Below, piece by piece: positions 15,010 to 24,703 of a stretch of 44,977 nt of DNA. The translations under genes were made by a program, and so were the position numbers. A model generated the notes under the pieces. That model was not told the origin of the DNA, ran no database searches, and saw only the letters and a list, made by a program, of their open reading frames with translations. Position 1 is the first letter of the stretch; each line of letters opens with the position of its first letter. Origin of the DNA: a virus (taxonomy: Duplodnaviria; Caudoviricetes); IMG/VR virus record IMGVR_UViG_3300004633_000002, positions 1 to 44,977 of that record. One strand, written 5' to 3'.

Positions 15010-18000
15010 CGATGCTGCCGGACATCGATCAGCAGGACTGGGACACCTACCAGCAGCAGAATCTGCAGCAGCAGATTCAAGCCAAGATCGATTCGTTCGG
15101 CCTGGACCGCATGATTGGCGACAAGATCAGCGAACTCAACGCGCTCAACGCGCCGCCGCTGGCTCCCAAGCCTGAGCCGCCGCCCGCGCCAGAGCCTGAG
15201 CCTCCCACCCCGGCTCCTGAGGCGCCATCCGTCTCGACGCCACCCGAGGAGCCGACGGCCCCTCCACCTATTACGTCACCGACTCTCACACCCGATTTCC
15301 AAAACTCGGCGCCGGTCCTGCAGGCCCCGGCCGGCGCCCCGCCGCAGGCCAGGACCTCGATCCCGCCGCCGCTACCCAGTACGGCACCGGCGCCAGCCCC
15401 TCCTGCGCCAACGCCGTCGTTTACGCCGCCGCCGCCATCGCGCGATGACTGGTTCGGCAACGCCCTGAACGCCGTGCAGGCCTCGGGTGGCGACGTCCAG
15501 AGCTTCGCCCAGAGTTACCTGAGTGCCAGCGGCCCCGATAGCTACGGCAACGCCCTCAACGCGGCGCAGAACGCAGGCGCCGACGTGCAGCAGTTCTCTA
15601 CCGCCGTGGCCCCGCCACCGCCACCCCCGACTCCCCCTGCGGCGCAACCTGCTTCCCTCCCAGGAGTCTCCTCGGCCGCGTCGCAGGGGGCCACTTCAGT
15701 CAGCGGGGTTCCAGACTGGCTGTCGTCGCTGATCGCCCAGAACGCCCCAGCCGAGCTAGCTTCAGACCCCGATTTCATCCGAACCGTAGCAGCCGGGGCC
15801 AAAGCCGAGAGCGGCTGGGACCCAAACCGTATCCAGAACGGTTTCACGCTGGGCTCGAACGCGGGCGCTCGCGGGCTGTTCCAGTTCGACATGGGCGGCA
15901 TGGGCGCGGGCATGGACGAGCAGGCGCTGCTGGGCGACCAGGGCGCCGCGTACCAGGCCTCCAAGATCGTGCCGCTGTACGCCAAGGCGTACATGAGCGC
16001 ACCCCAGGGCTTGAGCGGCGCCGACAAGGCTAGCTGGGTAGCTGGTCAGGCCGAGCGCCCGCTGGGCTTTACCGACCCCGCCTCGGCCGCCCGCCGCAAC
16101 TACGCGAGTGCCTACAACGAAATAGGCGCCGGGCCTGGCGCCACGCCCCAGGACTTGCTGGCCAGGACCGGTGGCTGGGCGCAGCAGGCCGCGAACGCGC
16201 CGCAGATCAGCCAGTTCGGTGACAAGCAGCTATCCGCCGACGAGGCCTACGCCGCGTGCGGGCCTGCGGCGGCGGTGCGCTTCGCCCAGATGTACGGCCG
16301 CAACCCGAGCCTGCGCGAGGCCACCGACCTGGCCGCCTCGGTGGGCTGGACGAGCGCCCAGGGCATGGCCGGCCTGGGCTCCGAGAAGGCGCTCATGGAC
16401 AAGCTGGGGGTGCCGACGCACGTTGTCGGGGGCGACTGGAACGCCATCGCCAGCGAGGCCTCCACGGGTAACCCGGTCACCATCAGCACGCCTGGCCACT
16501 ACTTCTTTGCCGACGGCTATGACCCGAACTCTGGCGCGTTTCACGTCGGACAGAGCGGCCTGGACCTGAAGGGCGGCAGCGAGTGGATGACGCCGCAGCA
16601 GATGGAAGGTCGCATGGGCGCGCTCCAGGGGGCGCTGTTCGCGGACAACCCGCGCGTACCGGCGCCGTCGACGGCCGACCAGACTAGCGCCCCGCAGAGC
16701 TTCCTGGGGCGCGTCAAGGACACCATCGGCGCGAGCTTCAGCGGCCTGGGCTCGACGACCCGCGACATCGGTCGCGCCCTGGGCATCGACACCTCCAGCG
16801 ACCCGACCGTGCAGGCTCTGGACCAGGCCGTGACGACCTCGGCGCAGCCCCCCGACACCGGCTTCAGGCGGGTGGCACCGGGCATGGTCGGCGGCCCGCC
16901 CGACTACACCGACTTCGGCAAGGCCGCCGCCCTGAGTGGCGACCAGAACCTGGGGGACGCCCTGGGCAAGACGGCCTACGGCGCCCTGGAGGCCTTCGGC
17001 AAATCGCTGCCCGACGTGAGCGACATGCCTGGCTTCCAGGCACCGCCAGCCAACACCCCGCTGGGCAAGGTGGTGCGCGGCACGCCGATCAGCCAGCTAC
17101 CCCCGGCCGAGCAGGCCCAGGCCGTCATGCAGTGGCGGCAGCAGGCAGCCCAGGCCAGCGAGGAGGCTACCCAGGCCATCAACCCGGCTCGCGACGTGCC
17201 GCTGCTGGGCGGCCTGATCAACCAGTCGACGAACCCCGAGAACTGGCTCGCCATGGGTGGGGCTGGGCGCGCCGCGCGTGCCGTCGAAGGCCTGGCCGGG
17301 ACGGGCATCGCGGCCAAGCTGGCGGGCGCTGCCACCGAGGGCGGGCTGCTGGGCGCACAACTCGCCTCGCAACAACCGGGCGCCACCGCCGAGGACATCG
17401 CCCTGGGTGCCGCCTCGGGTACGGCCCTCGGTACAGCCATCCCTGGCGCAGGCTACGCCGTCAAGGAGGGTGCGCCGCGCGTCGCCAGCGCCGCCCTGGG
17501 CGCCCTGGACCGCCTGTCGCCGCCGGACGTCGCGTACGCCTCCACCCGGCGACCGATGCCGACCGACGAGACGCCGTATTCCGCCCAGTCGCTGATGGAC
17601 GCCTACGACAACGTCACGCCCGCCCGCATCGCCTCGATCAATCAGCGTGTCGTCGACAACCTGGCTCCCCGGCTAGCTGGCGCGCGGGGCGACATCGACG
17701 CGGCCAATGCCCTCATCCAGCAGGTGTGGGACTACGGCAAGAGCATGCTCGATCAGTCGCGCATGACCACCACCGGACTGAGCGCCAAGGCGGCGGCTGC
17801 GCTGGCGGATGGCCAGGGCTTCACCAACAAGCTCAACATGGCCGGCACCGCACTCGATTCGGCCGAGGCCACCATGCGCCAGGTCACCACTACCGACCGC
17901 CCCCTGTCGATTGAGGACGCCCTGAACTTCGTACAGCGCGAGGCGCACGCTGACAACATGGCCCTCGGCTCCACCCAGGCCTTGGACGAGGCGGGCATCC

Positions 18001-21000
18001 GTGATCCCGACGCCCTCAACCGCCTGTACGCCTACACCACCGCTGGACCGCCGCTGCAGACGCCGTTCGATCCGGCCGTGCATATCGTGTGGGAGGATGG
18101 CGCTCCGCGCGTGGTGACCGCCCACCACCACTACGGCATCGGCTCGCCCGACGCCGACATCCACGCCAGCACCTCGCCCGGCATCAAGGACCTGATGTGG
18201 AACCCGGACGCCGTGGCGGGTGGAGTTCGCACACCTGGCCCTGGTGGCGAGGACCTCGTCAGCGACTACAACCGCATCCCCGTCGGGGACGGCCGCACCA
18301 TCGCGGATACCGACACCCTGGTCGGCCCTTCGGGTGAAAACGACATGCGGATGGCCACCGTCCTGGCGGGCATGCCCAAGACCGTGGCGGACGCCATCCG
18401 CCAGGGCAAGCTGACCGACCCCGAGCAGATCGCCGGCATCCTGCTGCGCGAGGCCGTGCCGCAGCGCATCGGGGTGGTCCAGGGCATGTTCAAGAGGATG
18501 ATTGCCCCCGAGGGCCTCTCGTCCAAAGAGATCTCGCAGATGAAGCTCTCCGACGTGGCCAAGGAGGCCCTGGCCATGGGCGCCACCGACAACGGCATGC
18601 GGACCGAGTCGCTGATGGTCGACCCCCAACTCCAGCACATCAAGGCGCTGTACCTGGCCGGGACCGAGGGCGGCATCCGCAACGCCGACAACCTGGCCAA
18701 CGTCGGGCGCCGCACGCAACTGGAGTTAGCCCAGCAGATTCGCCAGCGCATCATGGACGAGACAGGCAAGGACGTCCCGATCATCTTCAAGGACATCCAG
18801 CCCCAGCTAGCCGGTGGCGAAGCGAGCATCCCCAGCAAGCTGATCTCCGACGCCCAGACCCTGGCAGGCCCGTCGGACGTGACCCTGGCCCCAGGTCGCC
18901 AGCGCATCATCGACGCCTATCGCTCGGCCGGCATGCGCGACATCGGTTCCGCGCAGACGGCTTTCGCATCCCGCCTGGGGGGTGGCCTGGGCGGCGCTGG
19001 CCTGGGCTGGATGACCGCCCCCGACGACGCCAGCCCCCAGGATCGCGTGGCCCGCGCCGCAGCCTTTGCCGCCGCCGGCCTGGGCGGGGCGTACGGCATC
19101 GAGCGGCTAGCTGGTCGCCTGGATCGCGAAGCCCCCGACGCCTACAAGAGCGTCATCCCGGAGGCCTTCAAGCCGCCCGACCTGCCCGACGCGCCAGGCC
19201 TGGGCCAGCAAATCAAGAGCGCCTGGGACTCCGTCAACCGTCAGTTCTTCGACCGCAACGTCGACCTGGCCAACTACGACAAGCAGACCTCGTACCTGGC
19301 CCGCCTTGCCAGCGACCCCGCCGCCGAGGTGCGCGTCCAGCAGGGGCTGCGGCCAGCCGTCCAGTCGGTAGGCGACGACTACAACGCACTGCGCGATCTG
19401 GTCACCCTGCGCCACAACGTGCGGGTAGCCGATCAGGTGGGCGAGGACCTGATGCGGAACCAGGCTGACGGACAGATCTCGAAGGTGCTGCGCGACAACC
19501 GCACCAGGGCCGAGGGGGCGCTGAACGACCGCAAGCAGGAACTCCAGAACGCCATCCAGATGAACCTGCCCAAGAAGGCCATCGACTCCGCGCAACGCGC
19601 CGTGGACCGCGCCCAGAAGTCGTTCGACCTGCACGATGGCCGCGTGCAGGACGCCTACAACGAGGTCCTCAAGAATGCCTCGCGCTCTGGCGCCGAGGCC
19701 GCCGCGAGCCGCATGTTCAGCGGTGGCATCGACAAGGCCACCAGCCTCAAGCGCATACAGGACCTTGAGGACCAACTTCCCCCCGACCGCTGGCAGAACG
19801 TGAAGGACGCGGCCGATCAGGTCAGCCAGTTCGGCCAGAGCCTGCGCCAGCGCCTGGTGGACGCGGGCGTCATGAGCCAGGACCAGGCCTCCGAGATGGA
19901 GATGAAGTACCCGGACTGGGTCAAGACCAAGATCCTCGACTACATGAACTCCACCGAGGGCGGCCAGGCCGCAGGCAGCAAGATCGGCCTCTCCAGCCGC
20001 GACGTCCACGCCTACACCCAGGCTGGCACCGAGCGCGCTCGCGAGGACCCCATCGCCTCGATGGTCGCGTACGCCCATCAGGTGGAGCGCATGGCGCGCA
20101 AGAACGAAGCCTTCCAGTCATTGCTGGACGTGGACGCCGCCAGCGGCCAGCCGCAGTTCCGCCAAGTCCCGCAGGACTTCAAGCCGACCAGCCAGCAGGA
20201 AACCATCCAGGGCTTCGTCGACGGCGTCAAACAGAAGTTCGTCACCGACAACAAGGCCCTGGGCCAGGCTATCAACCAGACCGGCGTGACCCAACTGCCG
20301 GACTGGGCGCAAACCTGGGGGCGCATGTTCAGATCCCTGGCCACCTCGCGCAACCCGGTCTTCCTGGCAGGCAACGCCGCCCTGGACATCCCCGAGTACG
20401 CGCTTCGGAGTGCCGTGCGCGAGGGTGGTCCACAACACATCCCGCGCGTCCTGGGCGAGCTTGCCAAGGGCTATGCCGACGCCTTCCAGGGCATCACCCG
20501 AGGCGAGTACGCGGGCGAGGGCGCCCAGCGCTACTTGCTCGGCGGCGGTGGCGAGTCGGGTGCCTTCTCGGCTCCAGGCGGGACTGCCGCCGACATCGCC
20601 AAGCGTGGCGAGGAGCTTGCTCGCGAGCTTGGCCAAAAGCACGTCTGGAGTGTCAATTCGAGCGAGGACCTGGGGCGGCTGCTGCGGAACCTGGCCACCC
20701 TCAAGCCCGTCGAGAGCCTGGGCGAGCGCGTCGAGCTAGGGCCGCGCATCGCCGCCATGCGCCTGGCCGAGAAGCGCGGCCTGGACCCCGTGCAGTCGGT
20801 CATCCAGGGCCGCGACGTGACCATCGACTTCAACCAGGGTGGCCAGTTCACCAAGCTGGTCAACCAGATGGTGCCGTTCTTCAACGTCGGCTTCCAGGGA
20901 CCCGCCCAGGTGGCGCGCTCGTTTGGCGAGAACAAGGGCGCCTTCGCCTCCACGGTGGGCAGCCTGATCGGCCTGCCGGCGATCTCCAGCGAGATCTGGA

Positions 21001-21998
21001 ACAACCGCGACGACCAGACCGCCCGCGACTACGCCGACGTGCCGCAGTACGTGAAGGACCAGGGCCTGGTGTACATGCTGCCCGGCGAGGCGCCCGTGGA
21101 CGCCCAGGGCAACCGCCACCCGCAGTACGCCCACATCAACCTGCGGAACTGGGCGCCGTTTGCGGGCATCGCCCGCCAGGCCGTAGACCACGCCATGAAC
21201 TACCCAGGTCAGCAGGACATGCGCGAGCTAGCCTACTCGACGTTCGCCGGCCTGAACCCGTTCGGCGCGGCCCAGCCAGCCAACCTGATGCAGCGAGCCG
21301 TCCAGGGCATCCCGGCCCTGAGCGCGGCGGCGCAGATCAACATGAACCGCGACATCTTCCGCAACCGCTACATCGTCAGCCAGCGGGCTGACCAGCAGGC
21401 CTCGCAGCTTGCCAAAGACCTGACACCGGCCATCCAGAAGGTGACCGACCTCGTCGCGCCAGGCAACACCACGCGCCCCTCGGCGGTTGACTTCGCCCTC
21501 CGCGACCAGCTAGCTGGCGTGGGCGGCGCGGCGCTGAGTGCCTACGACATGCTGCGCGGTGCGCCAGGCAACGAGCGCGCGGCCGGCGTCGGCGCGACGC
21601 CAGTTGTTGGCGGCCTGGCGGGGCGCTTCGTGGGCGGCTCAGGCGGCGAGCTTCTACAGCAGTACCAGCAGCAGGGGCTGAGCGACGAGACGTCCCAGGC
21701 CCTGCGCGACGCGGGCGTCACCTACGCCCCCTCGCCGCTGCAGCAGACGCTACGCAACATCCCGCTGCAGTACGACGAGCAGGTCTACGCCCAGGCCCTG
21801 GCCAATCAGTACATGGACCAGCAGATCCAGCAACTCATGGCCTCGTCCGCCTGGCAGGGCGCCAGCCAGGCGCAGCGTGATCAGTTCGTGCAGACCGCCG
21901 CCAGCCGTGGCCGCGCCCAGGCCGAGAACGAGGTGCTGAGCGCTATGGGCGCTCAAGAACGCGACCGCCGCCTCGCTGCGGCAGGAAGGGGTAGCTAA
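15006..21998 (+). CDS. Large internal virion/ejection polyvalent protein (lysozyme-like + C39-like peptidase + LPD38-like C-terminus)
   Basis: AESGWDPN...GARGLFQF (~15800-15890); ACGPAAA...GHY (~16250-16500); TIDFNQGG...VPFFN...QG and DYADVPQYVKD (~20800-21100). Confidence 0.75.
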   Translation: MTMLPDIDQQDWDTYQQQNLQQQIQAKIDSFGLDRMIGDKISELNALNAPPLAPKPEPPPAPEPEPPTPAPEAPSVSTPPEEPTAPPPITSPTLTPDFQNSAPVLQAPAGAPPQARTSIPPPLPSTAPAPAPPAPTPSFTPPPPSRDDWFGNALNAVQASGGDVQSFAQSYLSASGPDSYGNALNAAQNAGADVQQFSTAVAPPPPPPTPPAAQPASLPGVSSAASQGATSVSGVPDWLSSLIAQNAPAELASDPDFIRTVAAGAKAESGWDPNRIQNGFTLGSNAGARGLFQFDMGGMGAGMDEQALLGDQGAAYQASKIVPLYAKAYMSAPQGLSGADKASWVAGQAERPLGFTDPASAARRNYASAYNEIGAGPGATPQDLLARTGGWAQQAANAPQISQFGDKQLSADEAYAACGPAAAVRFAQMYGRNPSLREATDLAASVGWTSAQGMAGLGSEKALMDKLGVPTHVVGGDWNAIASEASTGNPVTISTPGHYFFADGYDPNSGAFHVGQSGLDLKGGSEWMTPQQMEGRMGALQGALFADNPRVPAPSTADQTSAPQSFLGRVKDTIGASFSGLGSTTRDIGRALGIDTSSDPTVQALDQAVTTSAQPPDTGFRRVAPGMVGGPPDYTDFGKAAALSGDQNLGDALGKTAYGALEAFGKSLPDVSDMPGFQAPPANTPLGKVVRGTPISQLPPAEQAQAVMQWRQQAAQASEEATQAINPARDVPLLGGLINQSTNPENWLAMGGAGRAARAVEGLAGTGIAAKLAGAATEGGLLGAQLASQQPGATAEDIALGAASGTALGTAIPGAGYAVKEGAPRVASAALGALDRLSPPDVAYASTRRPMPTDETPYSAQSLMDAYDNVTPARIASINQRVVDNLAPRLAGARGDIDAANALIQQVWDYGKSMLDQSRMTTTGLSAKAAAALADGQGFTNKLNMAGTALDSAEATMRQVTTTDRPLSIEDALNFVQREAHADNMALGSTQALDEAGIRDPDALNRLYAYTTAGPPLQTPFDPAVHIVWEDGAPRVVTAHHHYGIGSPDADIHASTSPGIKDLMWNPDAVAGGVRTPGPGGEDLVSDYNRIPVGDGRTIADTDTLVGPSGENDMRMATVLAGMPKTVADAIRQGKLTDPEQIAGILLREAVPQRIGVVQGMFKRMIAPEGLSSKEISQMKLSDVAKEALAMGATDNGMRTESLMVDPQLQHIKALYLAGTEGGIRNADNLANVGRRTQLELAQQIRQRIMDETGKDVPIIFKDIQPQLAGGEASIPSKLISDAQTLAGPSDVTLAPGRQRIIDAYRSAGMRDIGSAQTAFASRLGGGLGGAGLGWMTAPDDASPQDRVARAAAFAAAGLGGAYGIERLAGRLDREAPDAYKSVIPEAFKPPDLPDAPGLGQQIKSAWDSVNRQFFDRNVDLANYDKQTSYLARLASDPAAEVRVQQGLRPAVQSVGDDYNALRDLVTLRHNVRVADQVGEDLMRNQADGQISKVLRDNRTRAEGALNDRKQELQNAIQMNLPKKAIDSAQRAVDRAQKSFDLHDGRVQDAYNEVLKNASRSGAEAAASRMFSGGIDKATSLKRIQDLEDQLPPDRWQNVKDAADQVSQFGQSLRQRLVDAGVMSQDQASEMEMKYPDWVKTKILDYMNSTEGGQAAGSKIGLSSRDVHAYTQAGTERAREDPIASMVAYAHQVERMARKNEAFQSLLDVDAASGQPQFRQVPQDFKPTSQQETIQGFVDGVKQKFVTDNKALGQAINQTGVTQLPDWAQTWGRMFRSLATSRNPVFLAGNAALDIPEYALRSAVREGGPQHIPRVLGELAKGYADAFQGITRGEYAGEGAQRYLLGGGGESGAFSAPGGTAADIAKRGEELARELGQKHVWSVNSSEDLGRLLRNLATLKPVESLGERVELGPRIAAMRLAEKRGLDPVQSVIQGRDVTIDFNQGGQFTKLVNQMVPFFNVGFQGPAQVARSFGENKGAFASTVGSLIGLPAISSEIWNNRDDQTARDYADVPQYVKDQGLVYMLPGEAPVDAQGNRHPQYAHINLRNWAPFAGIARQAVDHAMNYPGQQDMRELAYSTFAGLNPFGAAQPANLMQRAVQGIPALSAAAQINMNRDIFRNRYIVSQRADQQASQLAKDLTPAIQKVTDLVAPGNTTRPSAVDFALRDQLAGVGGAALSAYDMLRGAPGNERAAGVGATPVVGGLAGRFVGGSGGELLQQYQQQGLSDETSQALRDAGVTYAPSPLQQTLRNIPLQYDEQVYAQALANQYMDQQIQQLMASSAWQGASQAQRDQFVQTAASRGRAQAENEVLSAMGAQERDRRLAAAGRGS

Positions 21999-23881
21999 TG
22001 GTCGGCCTCCCGAACCTCACTCCACCAGGCAGTCTCGGCGGGACCCAGTCTGCGGCCCCAGCCCAAGGCGCAGCGACACCTCCCATCGGCACCGCGCAGT
22101 CGGCCAGCCTCCCGCTGACGCCGGATCTGGACCCGACCACCCAGAACCTGCTCCTGCAGCAGGCCCAGCGCAGCGGCTGGAACGCGGCCCCGCCGCAGCC
22201 CGACGTCAAGTACGTCAGCAACGGCTACGGCCAGATGATCCCCGTCGTCCAGGGCTACAAGATGGTGATTACCAACCCCCAGAACGGTGCCCGCGAGACG
22301 CTGGACCTGAACTACAACTCTGCCGCCCAGGGCAAGGGCGCGCAGTGGGGCCTGGCTGGTGCGCCTGACGTGAAGGCCCCGACGGCCTCGACTACCGTCC
22401 CGCACATCGGGGACGAAAAGACGGGCTACTACACCCAGAGCGGGCCGCCTGACGCCAACGGCAACAAGACCTGGCAGATGGTGGTCCCGCCAGGCGTGCC
22501 CAACGCCGACGACGAGATGAAGAAGGCGCTGGACCGCATCGACCGCCAGCAGGAGATGGCCGAGAAGCAGGCCAACGAGGCGGCCGGGCGCGGCTACATG
22601 ACCAACGCCGACTACGCCGCGATGGCGTCCAAGTACGCCGGCGACAAGTTGGGGCAGGACAAGCTGGCCGAGGACATCCGCCAGTTCAACGCTACCCAGG
22701 CGCAGAAGGACAAGGAGTTCGACCGTCAGCAGGACGCCAAGGACAAGGTCGACGCCCAGAACATCCTCCAGAGCCAGGCCCAGGTGGGCCAGATCAACGC
22801 GCAGACCGGCCAGATCGCCACCGCCACCGACATCGCCAAGCAGAAGGTTGGCCCTGAGATCGCGGAGATCCAGGCGCGGACCGACCTGTCTACCCAGCAA
22901 AAGGCCGAGCTTGTCCAGAAGATCCAGCAGGCCAACCAGCCGACCACGGTCCAGGCCACGCTGGGGACCACCTACGGCCAGTACGCCCAGGTCGATCCGA
23001 ACACGGGCAAGGTCAGCTTCGTCGACAACCCCAACTACACGCCGGTCACCCAGGCCCAGGTCGCCGCGCGGGTGGGGCAACTGCACAACCTGATGCTCCA
23101 GAAGGGCCAGGAGGTCCAGGGCAAGGTTGGCCAGTTCGTCGACGGCAAGCAGTACACCGCCGAGGACGCCCTGCGCGACTTCAACACCTGGCACGACCAG
23201 AACATCGCCCCGCAGCAGGCCAGCCTCCAGGCCGCCCAGGACGACGCTCTGCTGGCCCGCGCCAAGGACGAGGCCAGCATGCGCCAACAGGCCTACACGG
23301 CCGCCCTGGGCGCGGGCAACCAGCAGGTCAACGCCATCAATGCGCGCACCAACATGAACCCGGTCGGCGCCGGTTACGCCGACGTGATGGACATGGTGCG
23401 CCAGGGCAAGATGCCGACGGGCGAGCAGATGAAGAGTGCCTTCACCTACCAGGCCCAGGACCCGACCCAGGTCGCCCAGCAGGCCACCCAGAATGCCTAC
23501 CAGCAAATGCTGGGCAGCGCCGCGAGCAACGCCCCCAATCCCCAGGCCATCGACATTGCCGCCCAACTCAACCGCACCAACTACGGCGGCCCTCCAGGCG
23601 CACCAGCCCCCGCTGGCCCTGGGGCACCCGCCGCTCCTGGCCAGACCGCCGGCGCCAACTTCATCCCTGGCTGGCCAGGCTCCGACCCGCAGCTATCGGG
23701 CGTTCGCAATCCCGAGCCGAACGCGCCACGCCCCTTGCCTTCGCAGTTCGCGAACCCGATCTACACGGGCCTGGCCCAGGGCACGAGCGCGCCTGGACCG
23801 CAGATGCCGCCACAGATGCCGTTCGGCGCTATCGCGGCCAACCCGTGGGCGAACGCGCCCAACTATTCCTTTGGTGGTTAG
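21998..23881 (+). CDS. Gln/Ala-rich internal virion (ejection) protein
   Basis: Coiled-coil/Q-rich composition; TAATG coupling to the large protein. Confidence 0.6.
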   Translation: MVGLPNLTPPGSLGGTQSAAPAQGAATPPIGTAQSASLPLTPDLDPTTQNLLLQQAQRSGWNAAPPQPDVKYVSNGYGQMIPVVQGYKMVITNPQNGARETLDLNYNSAAQGKGAQWGLAGAPDVKAPTASTTVPHIGDEKTGYYTQSGPPDANGNKTWQMVVPPGVPNADDEMKKALDRIDRQQEMAEKQANEAAGRGYMTNADYAAMASKYAGDKLGQDKLAEDIRQFNATQAQKDKEFDRQQDAKDKVDAQNILQSQAQVGQINAQTGQIATATDIAKQKVGPEIAEIQARTDLSTQQKAELVQKIQQANQPTTVQATLGTTYGQYAQVDPNTGKVSFVDNPNYTPVTQAQVAARVGQLHNLMLQKGQEVQGKVGQFVDGKQYTAEDALRDFNTWHDQNIAPQQASLQAAQDDALLARAKDEASMRQQAYTAALGAGNQQVNAINARTNMNPVGAGYADVMDMVRQGKMPTGEQMKSAFTYQAQDPTQVAQQATQNAYQQMLGSAASNAPNPQAIDIAAQLNRTNYGGPPGAPAPAGPGAPAAPGQTAGANFIPGWPGSDPQLSGVRNPEPNAPRPLPSQFANPIYTGLAQGTSAPGPQMPPQMPFGAIAANPWANAPNYSFGG

Positions 23882-23890
23882 AAAGGGCCT

Positions 23891-24646
23891 ATGATGGCGG
23901 ACGAACAACCAAACACCCCTTCAGAGGGAGCGCAGCCTCCCGATGCAGCAGCGGCCGAGCCGGTTTCCGACGAGTCGCGCGAGGGGCCTTCGACGCACTG
24001 GTGGGATCGCCTGCTGAACAAGCGGCCTGCTACGGAGGCCCCCGCCGAGGACGGGGAATCGGGTGAAGCCAGCGGCGCGTCGCAGAAGCTCTCGCTGACC
24101 CAGGAGGAGTTAGACCGCAAAGTCCAAGCTGAGACTGACCGCCGCGAGGCGCAACGTGCTCAGCGCCAGCGCCAGGAAGATCGTAAGAAGCTGCGCGACT
24201 CTGATCCCTGGGCGTATGCCGAGCAGGATCGTCAGGCCGAGCAGGCCCAGGAGCAGGACAACACCACCCTGGACTTCTTCCGCAACGTTGGCACTCAGCA
24301 CGACCGCATCGCCATCGACCCGCTCATGCAGGCCCTGCCCGCAGCAGAGCAGCAGCGGATCATGAACATCGAGGGTGCTGGCCGAGGCCTGGACGGACGC
24401 AAGCTGGTTGTCAGCGAGGCGCTCAAGAGCCTCGAAAAACACTGGAAGGCTGAAGGCGAACGGGAAGCCGAGAGCAAGCTTCGACGGAACGCAGCGTTCC
24501 GCAAGCAACTCCTCAGCGAGGCGCGCGGCCAGGTGGTCGAACCGGAACTCCTGCCCGCCTATAGCAGTTCAGCAGCGGATCAAAAGGTGTCGGACATCCT
24601 GCGCGGCTACTACGGCGTAGGGGGCGCGAGACACAACAGCGCGTAG
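23891..24646 (+). CDS. Capsid scaffolding protein
   Basis: Acidic and helical, LTQEELDRKV motif, directly upstream of the major capsid gene. Confidence 0.75.
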   Translation: MMADEQPNTPSEGAQPPDAAAAEPVSDESREGPSTHWWDRLLNKRPATEAPAEDGESGEASGASQKLSLTQEELDRKVQAETDRREAQRAQRQRQEDRKKLRDSDPWAYAEQDRQAEQAQEQDNTTLDFFRNVGTQHDRIAIDPLMQALPAAEQQRIMNIEGAGRGLDGRKLVVSEALKSLEKHWKAEGEREAESKLRRNAAFRKQLLSEARGQVVEPELLPAYSSSAADQKVSDILRGYYGVGGARHNSA

Positions 24647-24703
24647 GGTCGCTCGAACGCTGAGTCATCGCGGGAGCGGCCCCGTTCCTAGAGGGCCACT
24701 CTC

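Noticed and set aside
21995-23566. 523-aa antisense ORF and the many other long opposite-strand or alternate-frame ORFs
   Set aside because: Shadows of high-GC coding sequence (V/G/L- or R/P-rich), with no RBS or motifs, overlapping convincing genes.
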